Source: Macrostomum lignano (lineage: Eukaryota). Taken from it: DNA of 64,000 nt. The stretch lies in contig NIVC01000352.1 of assembly GCA_002269645.1 (NCBI GenBank), positions 557,794 through 621,793 on the forward strand, written 5' to 3'. Below the pieces are notes generated by a model. The model searched no databases and was not told the DNA's origin. It saw only the letters and a program-made list of their open reading frames with translations. The translations under genes and the position numbers were made by a program. Below, piece by piece: positions 39,018 through 52,585 of the stretch (the first letter of the stretch is position 1; every line of letters starts with the position of its first letter).

Positions 39018-39642
39018 CAGGGGCGTCGCCATGGATTTTTTGGTGGGGGGGGGGGACAAAGCCAACAATTATACACGTACATGTACATGAATAAATTCCC
39101 ACATGTACATTATTTTCAAAATCGGTATTGTCAGCACTCATTTTGGCGCCACAGGCACTCATTTTGGCGCCACAGGCACTCATTTTAGCGCCACAGGCAC
39201 TCATTTTAGCGCCACAGGCACTCATTTTAGCACCGCAGGCACTCATTTTAGCGCCGCAGGCACTCATTTTAGCGGCACAGGCACTCATTTTAGCGCCGCA
39301 GGCACTCATTTTAGCGCCGCAGGCACTCATTTTAGCGCCGCAGGCACTCATTTTAGCGCCGCAGGCACTCATTTTAGCGCCGCAGGCACTCATTTTAGCG
39401 CCGCAGGCACTCATTTTAGCGCCGCAGGCACTCATTTTAGCGCCGCAGGCACTCATTTTAGCGCCGCAGGCACTCATTTTAGCGCCACAGGCGCTATGGT
39501 TTGTCTCCCAGCTGCAAAAGTATTGATTTCCATAACGGGTCACCAGGTGGGGTGGGGGGGACAAAGCATTGGCATATGGCCCCCCAGATCTTTTACTGGG
39601 GGGGACATGTCCCCTCTGTCGCCCCCGTTGGCGACGCCCCTG
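39018..39642. mobile_element. MITE-like element with 14 bp perfect TIRs enclosing a 21 bp minisatellite
   Basis: CAGGGGCGTCGCCA (39018-39031) and TGGCGACGCCCCTG (39629-39642). Internal array GGCACTCATTTTAGCGCCGCA at about 39134-39492. No clear TSD. Confidence 0.75.
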
Positions 39643-41619
39643 ATGTTGATACAAAAATAACGATCTGAACCACCTGATTCAGGGACGCAATGCGCTTTCT
39701 AAATAATGACTCAACAATATGCTGTGGTAGATTTAGCCTAGAGTCAATGACAAGACTATAGCCAAGAGCCATCTCTGTGTATATGTACAATTTTGTCTCA
39801 TCCAATTTCATATTTTCTTAGATATATAACACGTTAACTGCATATAGGCGAGTTTCAGAGAACCGTACTCACACTTTTTTTTTGGCATGACTTCAGTCTG
39901 CTGCCAACGGATTTCGATAATATTGGTTTCATTTTAAATCTAAACAAATGCTGCACCACTGTGTCTTGGAGGGTTGGCTCTCAAGGGCGTAAAATTGCAC
40001 GAGCAGACCCAAGCAGAGATTCCAATTTAGCCGCAAATTAATGTGACTGCACTTATAATCGAGTCTGAGCGGCTAGTACATAAGAGCACCGCGCTAGACC
40101 AGGCTACGGCCCCCATTAAACCTATCCTATGTGTAGTGCACATGGCTTATGAATAGGTAAAATTTAATATAAATTGTAGTGCACTAGAGGTAACTGCAAA
40201 TATGGCGCAGGCGGCTCTCTAATAAGTGGCAGAGCTCCAGCTGGTGCCTGAAACAAGACCGCAGTTGGGGAATTTTTCAGGAATGCCGGAAGCAAGTATA
40301 AGTGCGATAGGCTCTACCTATTACCTATGGACAGGTATAGTGTGTTTTTACCTAGGTCCACGCGCCGCTGTTGCATCCCTAGATTTTTTAAAAGCTTGGC
40401 AAATGTTGGTAAGAGAGCGAAAGAGGGGAGGGCTGTCAGCGAATTCCCGTGGATCCCTGGCTGCAGCCCTCTGGGAGGTCTATCTGTAAAAAAATCCAGC
40501 TTCCCATCTACATCTAGATCCCCTGACGCGGCTGGCCACGCAAATCCATCCAAACCCAGTCGTCCTTGTCTTTGCGGCCTGACAGTTTTTCCGCGATTCG
40601 TGCGGCCGTGCCAGTCCAATAAAAAAGGTCTTCGCGTACTTTAGCAGCATTTACATATTCTGAGGGTGTACTTGACAATCATTTTCAACCTCCATTGGGG
40701 TCAGTATTTTTGGTACTTTTTGAAGGTCACACTGGAAAACACTACAGACTACCAATGAGCAATTGAATTTTTTAAATTTCTTTTCCCGATATAAATTTGA
40801 AGCACTTTTTTGTATAGTGGCGTAGACAAGGGGGTCATGGGGAGGTCATGACACCGCAGACGGCCGACCATTGAAGTTTTGAATCTACCAGATCAAGGGT
40901 CATTCACGAGACACAAGCACTCTAACGGCCGAACCATGCATATGAGCTCGATACAGCCACATTTTGCCTTAACTTCCTTTTAATTACTTATAATCAGTAG
41001 TCAAAAGCAACTCGTGTAGTTGATGGCGAACATGACTTCAATTAAAGTTCACTTCAACTCAAACCGTGCATTAGCATAGCAGTCAAAAAAATGCGCGTAG
41101 GAACGAAAAATAATGAGCTGAGTTCTCCGTCTGAAGGACCTGTCATTTCCTTCCTTCTCGTACGTGTTAATTAAATTTTTTCTCCCTATCTCCTCTTTCA
41201 TGGAAACTGGAAAATTAAGTATAGTTATTAGAGGTCTCTGGCCGATGAGTCAGCTGGGCAGCTGAGCTTCATTAGGGGAGAGGTGAGCACACTCTGTGAG
41301 CACAATCACAATGCCTGCCCTACATGGGAAGCTTTTTTTAATTTATGTGACACGTTTACAACTTATGAATGCCTTTGCTTTTATAGTTATCGTGTGCAGT
41401 TCTATTTTGGATAAATTACGACGCTACTATGAGGCAGTCGTGAGAGCAATGCTTAAAGTTTGGTGGTATCCGTGACCCAGCTACATGACTGTGCGATACA
41501 GTGTATAAATGTATAGTGTTTCTACTGTACTCATCGATGCAGTAAATGCATGCGGTTTTGAGGCCCCAGATAAAAGAATGGCAAAAGAGGGGTGTCCTTT
41601 CACAAAACCTAAACTTCAC

Positions 41620-42210
41620 AAGACCTAAACCTTAAGTGACCTAAACTTCACAGGACCTAAACTTCACAAGAACTAAATTCCACAAGACCTAAACTTTACA
41701 AGAACTAAACTCCAACAAGGCCTAAACTTCAACAGACCTAAACTTCACAGGACCCAAACTTTACAAAAATTAAACTTCACAAGAACTAAACTTCACAAGA
41801 ACTAAACTCCAACAAAGCCTAAACTTCAACAGATCTAAACTTCACAGGACCTAAACTTCACAAGAACTAAATTCCACAAGACCTAAACTTTACAAGATCT
41901 AAACTTCAGAAGACCTAAACTTCAGAAGACCTAAGCTTCAGAAGACCTAAACTTCAGAAGATCTAAACTTCAGAAGACCTAAACTTCAGAAGACCTAAGC
42001 TTCAGAAGACCTAAACTTCAGAAGACCTAAGCTTCAGAAGACCTAAACTTCAGAAGACCTAAGCTTCAGAAGACCTAAACTTCAGAAGACCTAAACTTCA
42101 GAAGACCTAAACTTCAGAAGACCTAAACTTCAGAAGACCTAAATTTCAGAAGACCTAAACTTCAGAAGACCTAAGCTTCAGAAGACCTAAACTTCAGAAT
42201 ACCTAAGCTT
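41620..42210. repeat. 16 bp minisatellite (GACCTAAACTTCAGAA/GACCTAAACTTCACAA)
   Basis: Tandem array with a degenerate left half and a homogeneous right half. Confidence 0.95.
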
Positions 42211-43371
42211 CATATGTATTCTAAACAACATCAGTGCTGCAAGTCCAAGTTTGACAAGTGATAACTTGCAAGTCTGCAAGTCTGCAAGTTTGAATGTCCA
42301 ATTCCATAGGCTTGATTGTCTATGGCCCAACCTGTCTCATATTACTCGTACTTCGAAGCACACAAGCACAAAAGCTCGAATTTAGGAAACAAAAGAGATC
42401 GAAGCCGGCAAAGAAAACGAAAAGACTTGAAATTCTAACTTCGAAAACGGATCGCCACGCGGTTGTGTATTTTGGCACGAGTGTGGTCCAGCTGCAATGT
42501 CTCAACTCGCTCTCTCTCTCTCAGTTCTTTCATGTCATGGCCAAGCCACCGCGGCCTTGTGGCACATGTGCAAATTCTGTTTCCATGCCAGTGACGCATC
42601 GAAAGCGAGTGAGAAATTTGCGGGGGGGGGAATAAGTTCTCTTGATTGTGGCATGCCAAAACAGGCCCCCCACACCTCTTCAATTGAAGGGTATTGCGTG
42701 AGAAAACACTGCAGAAAACTGCAGGAGGCTTAAGCTCTGCATAGCACGTGTGTAGCTATAGAAATGAGAGTGAGGTAGGACAGAGAGGAAATTATAGCTG
42801 ACCAATTGTGGTCTTGCATACGGGGGAGCACTTAATCTGAGCAGTGCGTGTGCGCGTGTGTGTGCTCATTGTACACCCAGGTAAAATGCAGCCTCCTAAG
42901 ATTATAGGAGCTTACAGGGCAGAACAATAGAGTAGAGGTAATTATTTCTACTGGGCTGTGTGTGTAAGTTGGAGAGAGGGAGAGAGTGAAATCTCGGACA
43001 AAAGCTGACTGACAGCTTCGAACAACGAGAGCGTTGCGGTGTGAAATTCCTACGTCTCCCTTGGCTCAGAGCTGAAAACACAAAGACAGAGAGAAAGAAA
43101 ACGAGAATAGTCTATTGAAAAATATATTCTACTTTTAACTCATAATTGACCAGCAGTCATCTTTGTCCAGCGCGCTGAAAAGGATTCAATTTGGTGAGTG
43201 CCTTAATAACCTCGCAACCCGGCTGAGAGCTGCTCATTTGGCAACTGGCTTTGTGTGCCGGATGTTTGCCAAATTTTTTTATAGACTGTACCTTTAATTA
43301 ATACGGTTATTAATAACATAAAATATACTATATAACGAAGAGAGCGAGAGAGTCTGGAGGACGGGGAAGGA

Positions 43372-43605
43372 GACTGGATGAAGGGGGAGAGAATGAGACT
43401 GGATGAAGGGGAAGAGAGTGAGACTGAATGAAGGGGAAGAGAGTGAGACTGGATGAAGGGGGAGAGAGTGAGACTGGATGAAGGGGAAGAGAATGAGACT
43501 GGATGAAGGGGAAGAGAGTGAGACTGGATGAAGGGGGAGAGAGTGAGACTGGATGAAGGGGAAGAGAGTGAGACTGAATGAAGGGGGAGTGAGACTGGAT
43601 GAAGG
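43372..43605. repeat. 25 bp minisatellite (GAGACTGGATGAAGGGGAAGAGAGT)
   Basis: Tandem array. Confidence 0.92.
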
Positions 43606-44707
43606 GGATAGAAAGAGTGGCAGGAGAGCTGTGGAGATGACAGGCTGAGCCCCTGTAAGCAGCAGGCGCAGTCGAGCTGCTCAGCAAGGGAATTCTGTGA
43701 GGCATCTGAGGATCTGAGAGCAGACTGTTCCCAGATCCCAGATCTAGTGAGCCCCCTGATCTGAGTCTCTGTGTAATTTATACATGAATAGTCGATGGCA
43801 AACGGAATAATGCGGCAATCTTCGGGAGATCAGCTGGTTTGGGTAGTTGAAGGCCGGAATGCGGAACTTCACTGCAAATAAGCAGTTCAGCGGGTTTGAG
43901 CACGAGTTCAGTCTAAGCTACTCACAGTGGATAAAACTTCTTCCATTCCTTCCCAAGTGTTGACGGGGATTTTTCTAAGCTCAAGAAAAGTTTCCCATTG
44001 GAGGCCTGTTCTGCCCTATTCAACTGGCTTCCCACTTTGAGGAGTCCTTTCTCTACTCAACTGGACTCGATCTACTTGATCAGCAAACTGGATTGTAGAT
44101 ATCGAATCTGACCTATTTATTAAGGGGGTAGAGAACTGCTCAAGCTAGCCTGCCTTTGCCTTTTATTATCGGAAAAAAGATTTATAAAGCTCGTGCGTAT
44201 ATGGATAGTAAGACTTTGGGGAGAAAGGATATACGGAAAGGCTTTTTCCCACTGTATATGCGATTCCCAATACATTACTGAAGTCCGGAATTCCCTCTCG
44301 GGTGGTTTAGTGTTTCAAATCATTCACCTGCTCAGCCACGGAGCAAATATAGAATACCACCAGCCTATAAGCCTCAACATTTTCTGTATAGATTTCTCAT
44401 TGCAATCTTAGTTTTTTAATTCATGGGTCACGTGAACCGAGTGATTCCTTTGCTCAACCGTGAACTTGGTTTGTAACTTGTGAGTCTAAATAGAATTACA
44501 TGTATTGTGACTTAGAGAGCGTTGCAAAGAAATTGGTATGTTGAGTCTGACCCTCTCTGAACGTTTCTTAAACTCTTCCTTCACTGCGGGTTTTAATTAC
44601 CCTCGTAATGTCTGTGTTTTATCTTTATCATTTTTTTTAGCTATCTAAATCTTTTTGCTTTGAAATTTTCCCGTTTTCTGCATGCACCCTGTGTCAAACC
44701 CAATCTC

Positions 44708-44995
44708 CCGACACCTCAAACCCCTCACTCCTATTACCCCTCTGTGTACACCTCAAACCCCTCACTCCTATTACCCCTCTGTGTACACCTCAAACCCCTC
44801 ACTCCTATTACCCCTCTGTGTACACCTCAAACCCCTCACTCCTATTACCCCTCTGTGTACACCTCAAACCCCTCACTCCTACTACCCCCTCTGTGTACAC
44901 CTCAAACCCCTCATTCCTTCTACCAGTCTGTGTACACCTCAAACCCCTCAAACTCCTCACTCCAACTACCCCATCAGCGTACACCTCAAACCCCT
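44708..44995. repeat. 37 bp minisatellite (ACACCTCAAACCCCTCACTCCTATTACCCCTCTGTGT)
   Basis: Tandem array. Confidence 0.92.
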
Positions 44996-45546
44996 TCCTT
45001 ACTTCTCCTTCCAACCGATTTAAATATTTTTTAAACCTAAACAATCATCAAAGGCTGAAACCGACACGCTGAAATCATCATCTATTTTTAAATATTGCCA
45101 CTCGAAATTACAAACTTTACAGTAGGACTCTGAAGTAGCAGTAATGTAGCAGTTAGTGGCGATAGAACTGTACTAATAATTATAAATATATGACCAGTTC
45201 GCCACAGAGCCACTGCAGCCGTGGGCAGTTAGTCAGTCACTTCAATTTTCCGTTTCCCGCTCTCCCAACGGAAATTGCTCAGGCTTAGCTTTCTGTCATA
45301 TTAGTTTTCCCAATTATCCCGTATAAGCGAGCGTTTTTTATTCGCTTTATTCATTTTTTGCTTTCCGCTTGCACTGTTTGCTTTCAACATTGGAGCAGCA
45401 TTTGATAGCTTTGAGTTTGGGCCTCTCAGCCACTTTATTTAGTATGCACTAACAGCTAGTGCCTTCGTTCACGGCTAGAAAGTACTTTACTGGTGCCTTA
45501 GAAATGATTTTTTGGTAAGAACCGTAACTAAAGAAAATAAGCTGCA

Positions 45547-45790
45547 GCCTCAGTGTCGTTACTCCCCTCCTCAGTGTCGTTACTCCCCTCCTCAGTGTCG
45601 TTACTCCCCAGTCCTCAGTGTCGTTACTCTCCAGTCCTCAGTGTCGTTACTCCCCAGTCCTCAGTGTCGTTACTCCCCAGTCCTCAGTGTCGTTACTCCC
45701 CTCCTCAGTGTCGTTACTCCCCAGTCCTCAGTGTCGTTACTCCCCAGTCCTCAGTGTCGTTACTCTCCAGTCCTCAGTGTCGTTACTTCC
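45547..45790. repeat. 21/23 bp minisatellite (CCTCAGTGTCGTTACTCCCCAGT)
   Basis: Tandem array. Confidence 0.92.
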
Positions 45791-46636
45791 CAATCCTCCA
45801 TTTTTCTAACGTCGGTTTCTAGTTTATTTTTGTAAAAGGTGCAGAAGAAGAATATAAAATCAAAATTTGTACGTTGAACTTATTTTTAAAAACGCAACAG
45901 AATATGTAGACAGAATCTCAGGATACCATAGTCGGCAACTGCAGCAGTTAATATTGTTCTGATTTTGTGGGCCTTGGCTCTTTAAACTTGTAACAGTTAA
46001 ACTTATGCGTGATTTCAGTTCCAGGCACGAGTGTTAGTCTAAAAGTCAGAGTCAGTTAAGCAACCAAAATTGCGTCTTGTGGCCTTCAACACCCATGCCA
46101 AAAGTTTACTACCCAGCAGTCTGCAGATCTACGCCGATTTGTTTATCACAGCAAGATTCGAGTTTATCATTTATTGAAGTTTGCTGCTTTGTTTTAACAC
46201 GCAATTTTACTTACCCAACCTACCTGCGGCTCTAATGCAAGTTAAACTGAACTTAATCCTTGTGCGTTGATCTCGTAGCTAGTTGGTCCCTTCTGCACTA
46301 TGGCTACTTGGAACATTTTACCTGCTGTGTAATTAGAGAACAGGGATAGGGGCTTGTGCGCTGGTACCCCCTTCCCCGGCTCCAGTGTAAAATAACTCCC
46401 GGGCTCATTTCGTTGAAAACCTGCATATTATTTCAAGTGCGCAGCTAAAGTCGCGCGCATTCCATCGAGATCCGGGATATGGGATCTGCGAGCTGGCGGC
46501 GCAATATTGGTGGAGAGAATGAAATTGAAATGCACCGCGCCATTGCATGGTCGGAATGCACTTTAAAATCTTGAAACTTCGGGAACAAATTTTAATTTGC
46601 TTTTAACTGAAGAATCCCAATGAGAGCTATACAGTA

Positions 46637-46865
46637 ACTCTCCGGTGAAGTCTTCAGTCACTCTCCGGTGAAGTCTTCAGTCACTCTCCGGTGAAGTCTT
46701 CAGTCACTCTCCGGTGAAGTCTTCAGTCACTCTCCGGTGAAGTCTTCGGTCACTCTCCGGTGAAGTCTTCAGTCACTCTCTGGTGAAGTCTTCGGTCACT
46801 CTCCGGTGAAGTCAGCAGTCACTCTCCGGTGAAGTCATCAGTCACTCTCCGGTGAAGTCTTCACC
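46637..46865. repeat. 23 bp minisatellite (CTCTCCGGTGAAGTCTTCAGTCA)
   Basis: About 10 copies, ending in the small hairpin GGTGAAG-T-CTTCACC. Confidence 0.93.
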
Positions 46866-48629
46866 AACCCTCTAATTAATTCCTCATCTACAGATAAATA
46901 TTCGATTTCTAGAGACTGAAGATCCTGCTGAAGCGAATTCTCCCATCTCACCCCGATAAACCTGTGAGTGGAGTCTAAACCCGTAACAGTAAAATTGCCT
47001 ATTTAATGGAGATTTCCATAACGAAACTGCAGCCAAACTGAAACCTAGTCAAACACTAAGACGGGCAGACGTCGGGTCTATTTGTCCATTGCCTACCCCA
47101 CATTTGCCCAAAAAAAATTCCCCAACCGAGGAACCGAAAGAGGAGGCCAAGAAATAAGTAGGATCTTTGCCTCGGACAGGCCGATATCAGCACTTGGCAA
47201 TCTGTGCCCACCCGGACAGCCTGTCCTCTTGGCCGACCCTTCGGTCAGACCCCAAGCCAGGCTCCTCCAGCGGACCCAGTCCTCGGCCTTGATCGATGAA
47301 GGCAGCATGTCACACAACACAGTGGACGCATAATGTCTTACCCAGTTCCGTTTGAACTCTCCAGAACTCTGTTTGATATCCCGTATGGAGAAGAAATTCT
47401 CCCCTTTAGCCCCGTCCAAAAAAATCGTTACTCAACGAGCCTGCGCGATAGTGTTGACACGCACTGTCAGCTATTTTAGGGCGCTATGCGCGAGACCCCA
47501 AATCCCGCCAATCTGCCAGTCGGCAACTCCCATTTTATCCCTTGAAATCCCATCTCGTTACTGCCGGTTTGTTGTTCACGATTGTAACGAGAGGAATTAT
47601 GGGGGAAGGATGCAGAGCTGATCCAAGGCGCAGTGACCATCACGGCTTATGAGTACTGCCTCATGTTCTGCATGGTGTGGCCTTGCTTCACACTTTTGGT
47701 TTATGACTTTTAAAAATACAGGGCGATAACTGACCAAAACGAAGTCGTCAAAAAACGATGGATTTGAGCACTTTTACACACGATTGGGTTGAGCACTCTA
47801 CACACCGTTGAGCATTCACCGCACTATTGAGTTGAGCATTCACCGCACTATTGCGGTTGCCCTGTAAAAAACTGAGTTCACAAAAAGTCCAAACAAAACT
47901 TTATCCCTAACTCATAATTTCCCTACACATTTTCCTTTCCTCAGTGACTCCCCTAATTCAGTTCAATTTAAATTCCGCAATTTGCTTTTCGATCCCAAAT
48001 CGCTTGAAACTCGCCATCAGTCAATTAGCAAAATGCATTCTAAAATTAAGCTTCCAAGTTACAGCTCGGAGCTCATGTGCTCGGATAGACTAAGCTTCCT
48101 GTCCTCCCCCCCCGTTGAAAATGGCCAGCTCTCTTGCTTAGGCCATGAGCTTAGCTCAGTTTTCCTCTATATATTTGCCGCATACACGCAGAGGCGATAG
48201 AAGTTTGCAAACAAAATTGCATGCGGTAGCCAATCAGTCAATTTCTGGAATCGATGCCAATTTCTAAATGTTCTTTCAGCACCAGTAGGCAGCCTTGGCG
48301 ACTCTTTTCCTGCCTCGGTTGAAGCGTTTCTTATTCTGCATGACTTGCTGAAAGCCTGATATTCATGTACAGTGTGAGGCAAATCCTGCACATAGAGCAG
48401 ACTGGCTAAAATGGGTCACTGCTTTTGCAGGAAACCGGATGCTTTTAGTGGAGTCATCGCGGTCTATTGTGCGCCAGCTGTTTGCTGATTGCTTCACCTG
48501 TCTCCTGAGTCTCTTTTTTATTCTATTCGAGTGGCGCAGCCTCATCTGTTGTTGACTTCTCTCCTGTATAATGTAACAGCTTCATACCTTCAGTTAGCTT
48601 TACACTGCTCTATTTAGTAGCTTAATAGA

Positions 48630-49105
48630 AGAGAGAAGGAGGAGAGAGAAAGGGAGAGAGTAGAGAAGAGGTGAGAGAGGAGGGGAGCGAGGAGAGAAGA
48701 GAGGAGGGAGAATGGAAGCGAGGAGAGAAGAGAGGAGAGAGAATGGGAGCGAGGAGAGAAGAGAGGAGAGAGAATGAGAGCGAGGATAGAAGAGAGGAGA
48801 GAGAATGGGAGCGAGGAGAGAAGAGAGGAGAGAGAAGGGGAGCGAGGAGAGAAGAGAGGAGAGAGGAAGTGTGCGATGAGAGAAGAGAGGAGAGAGAATG
48901 GAAGCGAGGAGAGAAGAGAGGAGAGAGAATGGGAGCGATGAGAGAAGAGAGGAGAAAGAATGGAAGCGAGGAGAGAAGAGAGGAGAGAGAATGGGAGCGA
49001 GGAGAGAAGAGAGGAGAGAGAATGGGAGCGAGGAGGGAAGAGAGGAGAGAGGAGGGGAGCGAGGAGAGAAAAGAGGAGAGAGGAAGTGTGCGATGAGAGA
49101 AGAGA
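48630..49105. repeat. GA-rich minisatellite, about 31 bp unit
   Basis: Unit AATGGGAGCGAGGAGAGAAGAGAGGAGAGAG; source of the E/R-rich and L/S-rich pseudo-ORFs. Confidence 0.93.
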
Positions 49106-51741
49106 CACAAACCATGAGAGGGCCGGGTGCTATTTTGAAGTTTCAAAAGACTCGAGGACCGGATAAAGAGGCTTTGCAGGCCGGAGTTTGGCTACCAACC
49201 CCTACTTTAGGTCTTCTCCGCCTTGCTTGCACAAATGTTCAGAGGACTCAATCTAACCTGCATCGCATTTACATCCTAAGATGCTATTTTACGAGCGCCA
49301 AACAAGCGCAAAAACCATGGCGACGTCCTCGCTTGCTCTTTAATGTCTCTGGCTAGCTGGCATTCTCTCTCTGGTCTCTTCAAGTAGGTGATTTAGCGGT
49401 GATTTAGCGTAAGTAGTAGGTGAAGTAGGTGATTTAGAGGTTGTGAAGTTTCGCGGTTGTGAAGTTTCGCGTTGATGAAAGTAGGTGATTTAGCGGTTGT
49501 GAAATTTCGCGTTTGTGAAAGCAACCCCCTTAGCAATGGCCGCACAGTCAGCTCTTTCCATGGCGGCGGAGCATAAAGATTTGGAAAGGGAAATTTGCAC
49601 TTAACCCTATCTTATCCGCGCTTTCACCTCGTCACCCCTAGCCACACCCTCACCCTAAGCCCAAAACCTCCCCTCGGGAGCCTTACCGCGTTCCCCCAAA
49701 GGGAGTCGGTCCTAAGTTGTTGATAGTGGCTGGGGTGGGCGTGAGGGCTGCATTTCCAAATGTTTGACCCTTGGCCATTTCTCACCCCGTCTTCCCTTTG
49801 CCCTCTGCCTCAGCCAATGGGGCTGGCGTGCCATTGTAAAGCGTCTCTCCCCCCTGCCAGCCCCCCTACTTCCCCTCGTTTGGAAATTTGCTATTGAAAG
49901 GAAGAAGAAAGGAGGGACGAGGAGGAGAACGACACCGCCCTCTTCCCGTTTTTCCCCAAGCGCGGAGTTTGGTGGGCGGTGTCGTGTTATTCCCCAACCC
50001 CTCCCTACGTGACCCTGCCTCCCTTTCCCTGTGTGGGTCGCTTGTGCTATTTAGGACTTTAGGAGGAAGGGGTGGGGCGCCCCATTGAATCCGACACCCA
50101 CCCGATTCGTCCGACCAACCCCGAGAGGGCGCAGGGAAGATTGCAGGGCCAAGGAGAGGGGGAGGGAGCGGGAGGCCTGGGCTTCAAAACAGCCAGACAG
50201 GGGGGAGAGAGCCAAACCAAGTACGCAAAGCAGCTAGCTCCCTGTCTTTTTTCAACGTGTCTTTTCAAATCCCCATTAATTCTCCGTTTCAGCTGCTTTT
50301 CAACACAAATTTCAAGTTAAATTATTATTAATTTATCAAACTTTTGGCTGATTTCTCTGCTACCAACGATCAGCTTACCGATTCTATTTTACAGGTAAAA
50401 ACAACTTCTTATTTTTCTTTTTGTGTGTTGGACTAGGAAATTGTCGGACTGGACCCCATCTCTCATCTCTTCTAATATAATCTCATCTGCTCTTATCTCA
50501 TCTCATCTCATCTCATCTCATCTCTCTTCTCTCTTATTCTCTTATCTCATCGGTTCTTCACCTTATATCTCAATCTCACCACCTCATTTTTATTATCTTA
50601 TCCTATCTCATGATCTCGACTCTCGTCTCATATTTCATCGGATCATCTTTATTCCCTTTCCTCTCCTCTCTTCTCTCTCTTTCTCTACCCTCTCTGATTC
50701 TTTTCTGTCGTTACTAAAAGTACTAAAAACTGTACAAATAAAGTAGGTAAGTTGATAGCAAGAGCAAAACTATATGACCTAGATATTGAATGCGTATAAT
50801 GTCAACTTTCTCGTCCGTCAAAAAAGGCTTGTTGCAGTTCGGAACTTCGGAATTGAGCCAATATGTGAAGAAAATTGGGTGGCTTAGTCAGCCAACATTT
50901 GTGGGGAAACGCCCCCAGCACAGCCAGGCCATTTAGTTTAGTGTTTGTTAGTCCGTGTGTTTCACCCGGGACCGCGGCAATTTTTAGGACCTGGGCTGTG
51001 TCGGGAGGGCAGCGAGAGTGAGTGGGGACAGCCCAGCTAGAACTGGGAGGTGCTTGATTCTCCCCAGCACTGGCGGTGGGAGCCCCCTGGCTGAACCTCT
51101 TTATTGCCCTTGCCCACGCAGGCTTCAGCTTGTGCATACGGGACACATTGAACAAATAAACAAGGCAGTATAGGGAGAGGGAGATGAAGGGCCAGACTGT
51201 GCATGGAAGGGAAAACGTTAGAGAATGCGAAGGGTCTCCCGGCTTCTCCTGATTAGTGGTTTTTCCTACACAAAAGGATTCTACATCTTAAATGGGGATT
51301 GCAACCCGCTACATTAGCGAGGACGTAACGTGTGTGAGGCTTGGCTGTTGTCTGGGAGTAGGATTTCAATTTTTAGATGGATAATGATAGGCCACATACT
51401 GAAAACAATCCACTCGCAGTCAAGGAGAAGCTTCTATTTTGCCAAGTTTTGGGCAAAACGGTTCAATTTGAAAGTAAACAGAACTCAAATGTGCACTTCA
51501 CACCAGCACTTGACCAGCATGAAGGTGAGCTCAATGGATTGGAATTAAAGGTAGCAGAGTGCCATAGAATGCAGATGGAAGTGTCTTAACACAGATAAAC
51601 TCTGTACCGAGCTCATGAGCACTGTGCTCCGGCAACAACCCAGTGGTAGATTTGAGACAGAGGGGCCGGTCTGAACTCCTGAGAAGGGCACGCACACTTC
51701 GACTCGATCTGACTTGCCGTTTACAATACAGTAGCTACTGC

Positions 51742-51742
<1 letters not shown>

Positions 51743-51804
<62 letters not shown>

Positions 51805-51813
51805 CAGATAGAC

Positions 51814-51860
<47 letters not shown>

Positions 51861-52251
51861 CAGATAGATATATAGATAGATAGACAGATAGATAGATAGA
51901 CAGATAGATAGATAGACAGATAGATAAATAGATAGATAGATAGATAGATAGACAGATAGATAGATAGACAGATAGATAAATAGATAGATAGATAGACAGA
52001 TAGATAGATAGAGAGATAGATAGATAGATAGATAGACAGATAGATAGATAGATAGATAGATAGACAGATAGATAAATAGATAGATAGATAGACAGATAGA
52101 TAAATAGATAGATAGATAGATAGATAGACAGATAGATAGATAGACAGATAGATAAATAGATAGATAGATAGACAGATAGATAGATAGAGAGATAGATAGA
52201 TAGATAGATAGACAGATAGATAGACAGATAGATAGATAGACAGATAGATAA

Positions 52252-52292
<41 letters not shown>

Positions 52293-52445
52293 CAGATAGA
52301 TAAATAGATAGATAGATAGACAGATAGACAGATAGATAGATAGAGAGATAGATAGATAGATAGATAGACAGATAGATAGATAGATAGATAGATAGACAGA
52401 TAGATAAATAGATAGATAGATAGACAGATAGATAGATAGATAGAG

Positions 52446-52476
<31 letters not shown>

Positions 52477-52490
52477 CAGATAGATAGATG

Positions 52491-52532
<42 letters not shown>

Positions 52533-52585
52533 CAGATAGATAGATAGATAGATAGATAGAGAGATAGATTGATAGATTGATAGAT
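51743..52585. repeat. (GATA)n/(GACA)n microsatellite
   Basis: About 840 bp array; source of the LSIY pseudo-ORFs. Confidence 0.98.

Noticed and set aside
47093-47621. GC-richer stretch with 80-110 aa ORFs
   Set aside because: No family motif, stops in the extended frames and no supporting splice structure.
47717-47866. Possible TA-flanked MITE (TACAGGGC...GCCCTGTA)
   Set aside because: Only 8 bp of inverted match including the TA; too weak to call.
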